Assembly: GCA_040954595.2 (NCBI GenBank)
Contig: CM082598.2
Coordinates: 7,517,097-7,581,096 of the forward strand
DNA: 64,000 bases
DNA from: Balanoglossus misakiensis
Taxonomy: Eukaryota; Animalia; Hemichordata
Direction of reading: 5' to 3'
Numbering within the stretch: the first letter of the stretch is position 1; each line of letters starts with the position of its first letter. Below are positions 63,386 to 64,000 of the stretch, piece by piece. A program made the translations under genes and the position numbers. The notes beneath the pieces are model-generated. The model saw only the letters and a program-made list of their open reading frames with translations. It was not told the origin of the DNA and did not search any database.

Positions 63386-64000
63386 AGTCTATTCCATTGT
63401 GTTACTAGTATTTTGTTTGATTTGATTTTGCCAAGTGGATTATAACTTCAGATACAGTCAAGTACACACTACCAGAACTGATTTGATGGTTGAATCATAC
63501 AATTGTATATTTCACCTCAACTTATGCAATAAATTAATGAATACAATGTGTGGTAGGTCATCTAACATGAGCATGTCACTAACAAATTTATCATTGAGTT
63601 TCAAATCCCAAGTAACTGTGGACTTATATAGTTTATCTCCCAGATGAAATTTTTTATCTAAATCTGCTCCTGTCGTAAGGTTGCTTTGTTAAGACATACT
63701 AAAGGAAATGATTGCATTGCATGTACACTGTGTGCCTCTGGATGAAAGACCAATCTGTGTACTTCATTGATGGGTACTACCACACGTTGTTCTGTCGAGC
63801 TCATAATTTGTGTAATGGGTACCCTCCAAAAATACATATGGAAGCACCCTAAAAATCAAATAGTTAAAAGCGCTGTTTATCAAAAAATGCTCACTATCCA
63901 ACATGATCCAACCACAATAACCCCATTGACCTACAGTCAGTTGTTTTAATTAGTTATTTGTATGTAAGCTGTACACACCTCTTGCCATTCCAAGGCTCCA

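Overview
AT-rich, repeat-dominated eukaryotic DNA, most consistent with a marine invertebrate (inferred from the mix of transposon types; the species cannot be determined). I found no intact protein-coding gene, rRNA, confident tRNA or CRISPR array, and nearly all ORFs in the track are by-products of tandem repeats. Layout: (1) 1-19.9 kb is a ~192-bp satellite organised as a 6-monomer, 1071-bp higher-order repeat, with a diverged outer edge and two opposite-orientation PIF/Harbinger-type MITE insertions. (2) 21-36 kb holds minisatellites, a Helentron/HINE-like element and a 0.8-0.9-kb tandem array that appears derived from it; the array is interrupted by a decayed piggyBac and a duplicated 1.35-kb block. 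(3) 36-47 kb has old repeats, a 5'-truncated LINE and a Gln-rich exon. (4) 47.2-53.4 kb is a nest of five non-autonomous DNA transposons, each with readable TIRs and TSDs, including a 53-bp hairpin element with a 9-bp TSD. (5) A second Gln/Thr-rich exon-like segment and more MITEs follow. (6) 59.35-63.39 kb is a 122-bp satellite of about 33 copies. Coordinates were read by eye; superfamily names rest on terminal and TSD signatures, not database searches.
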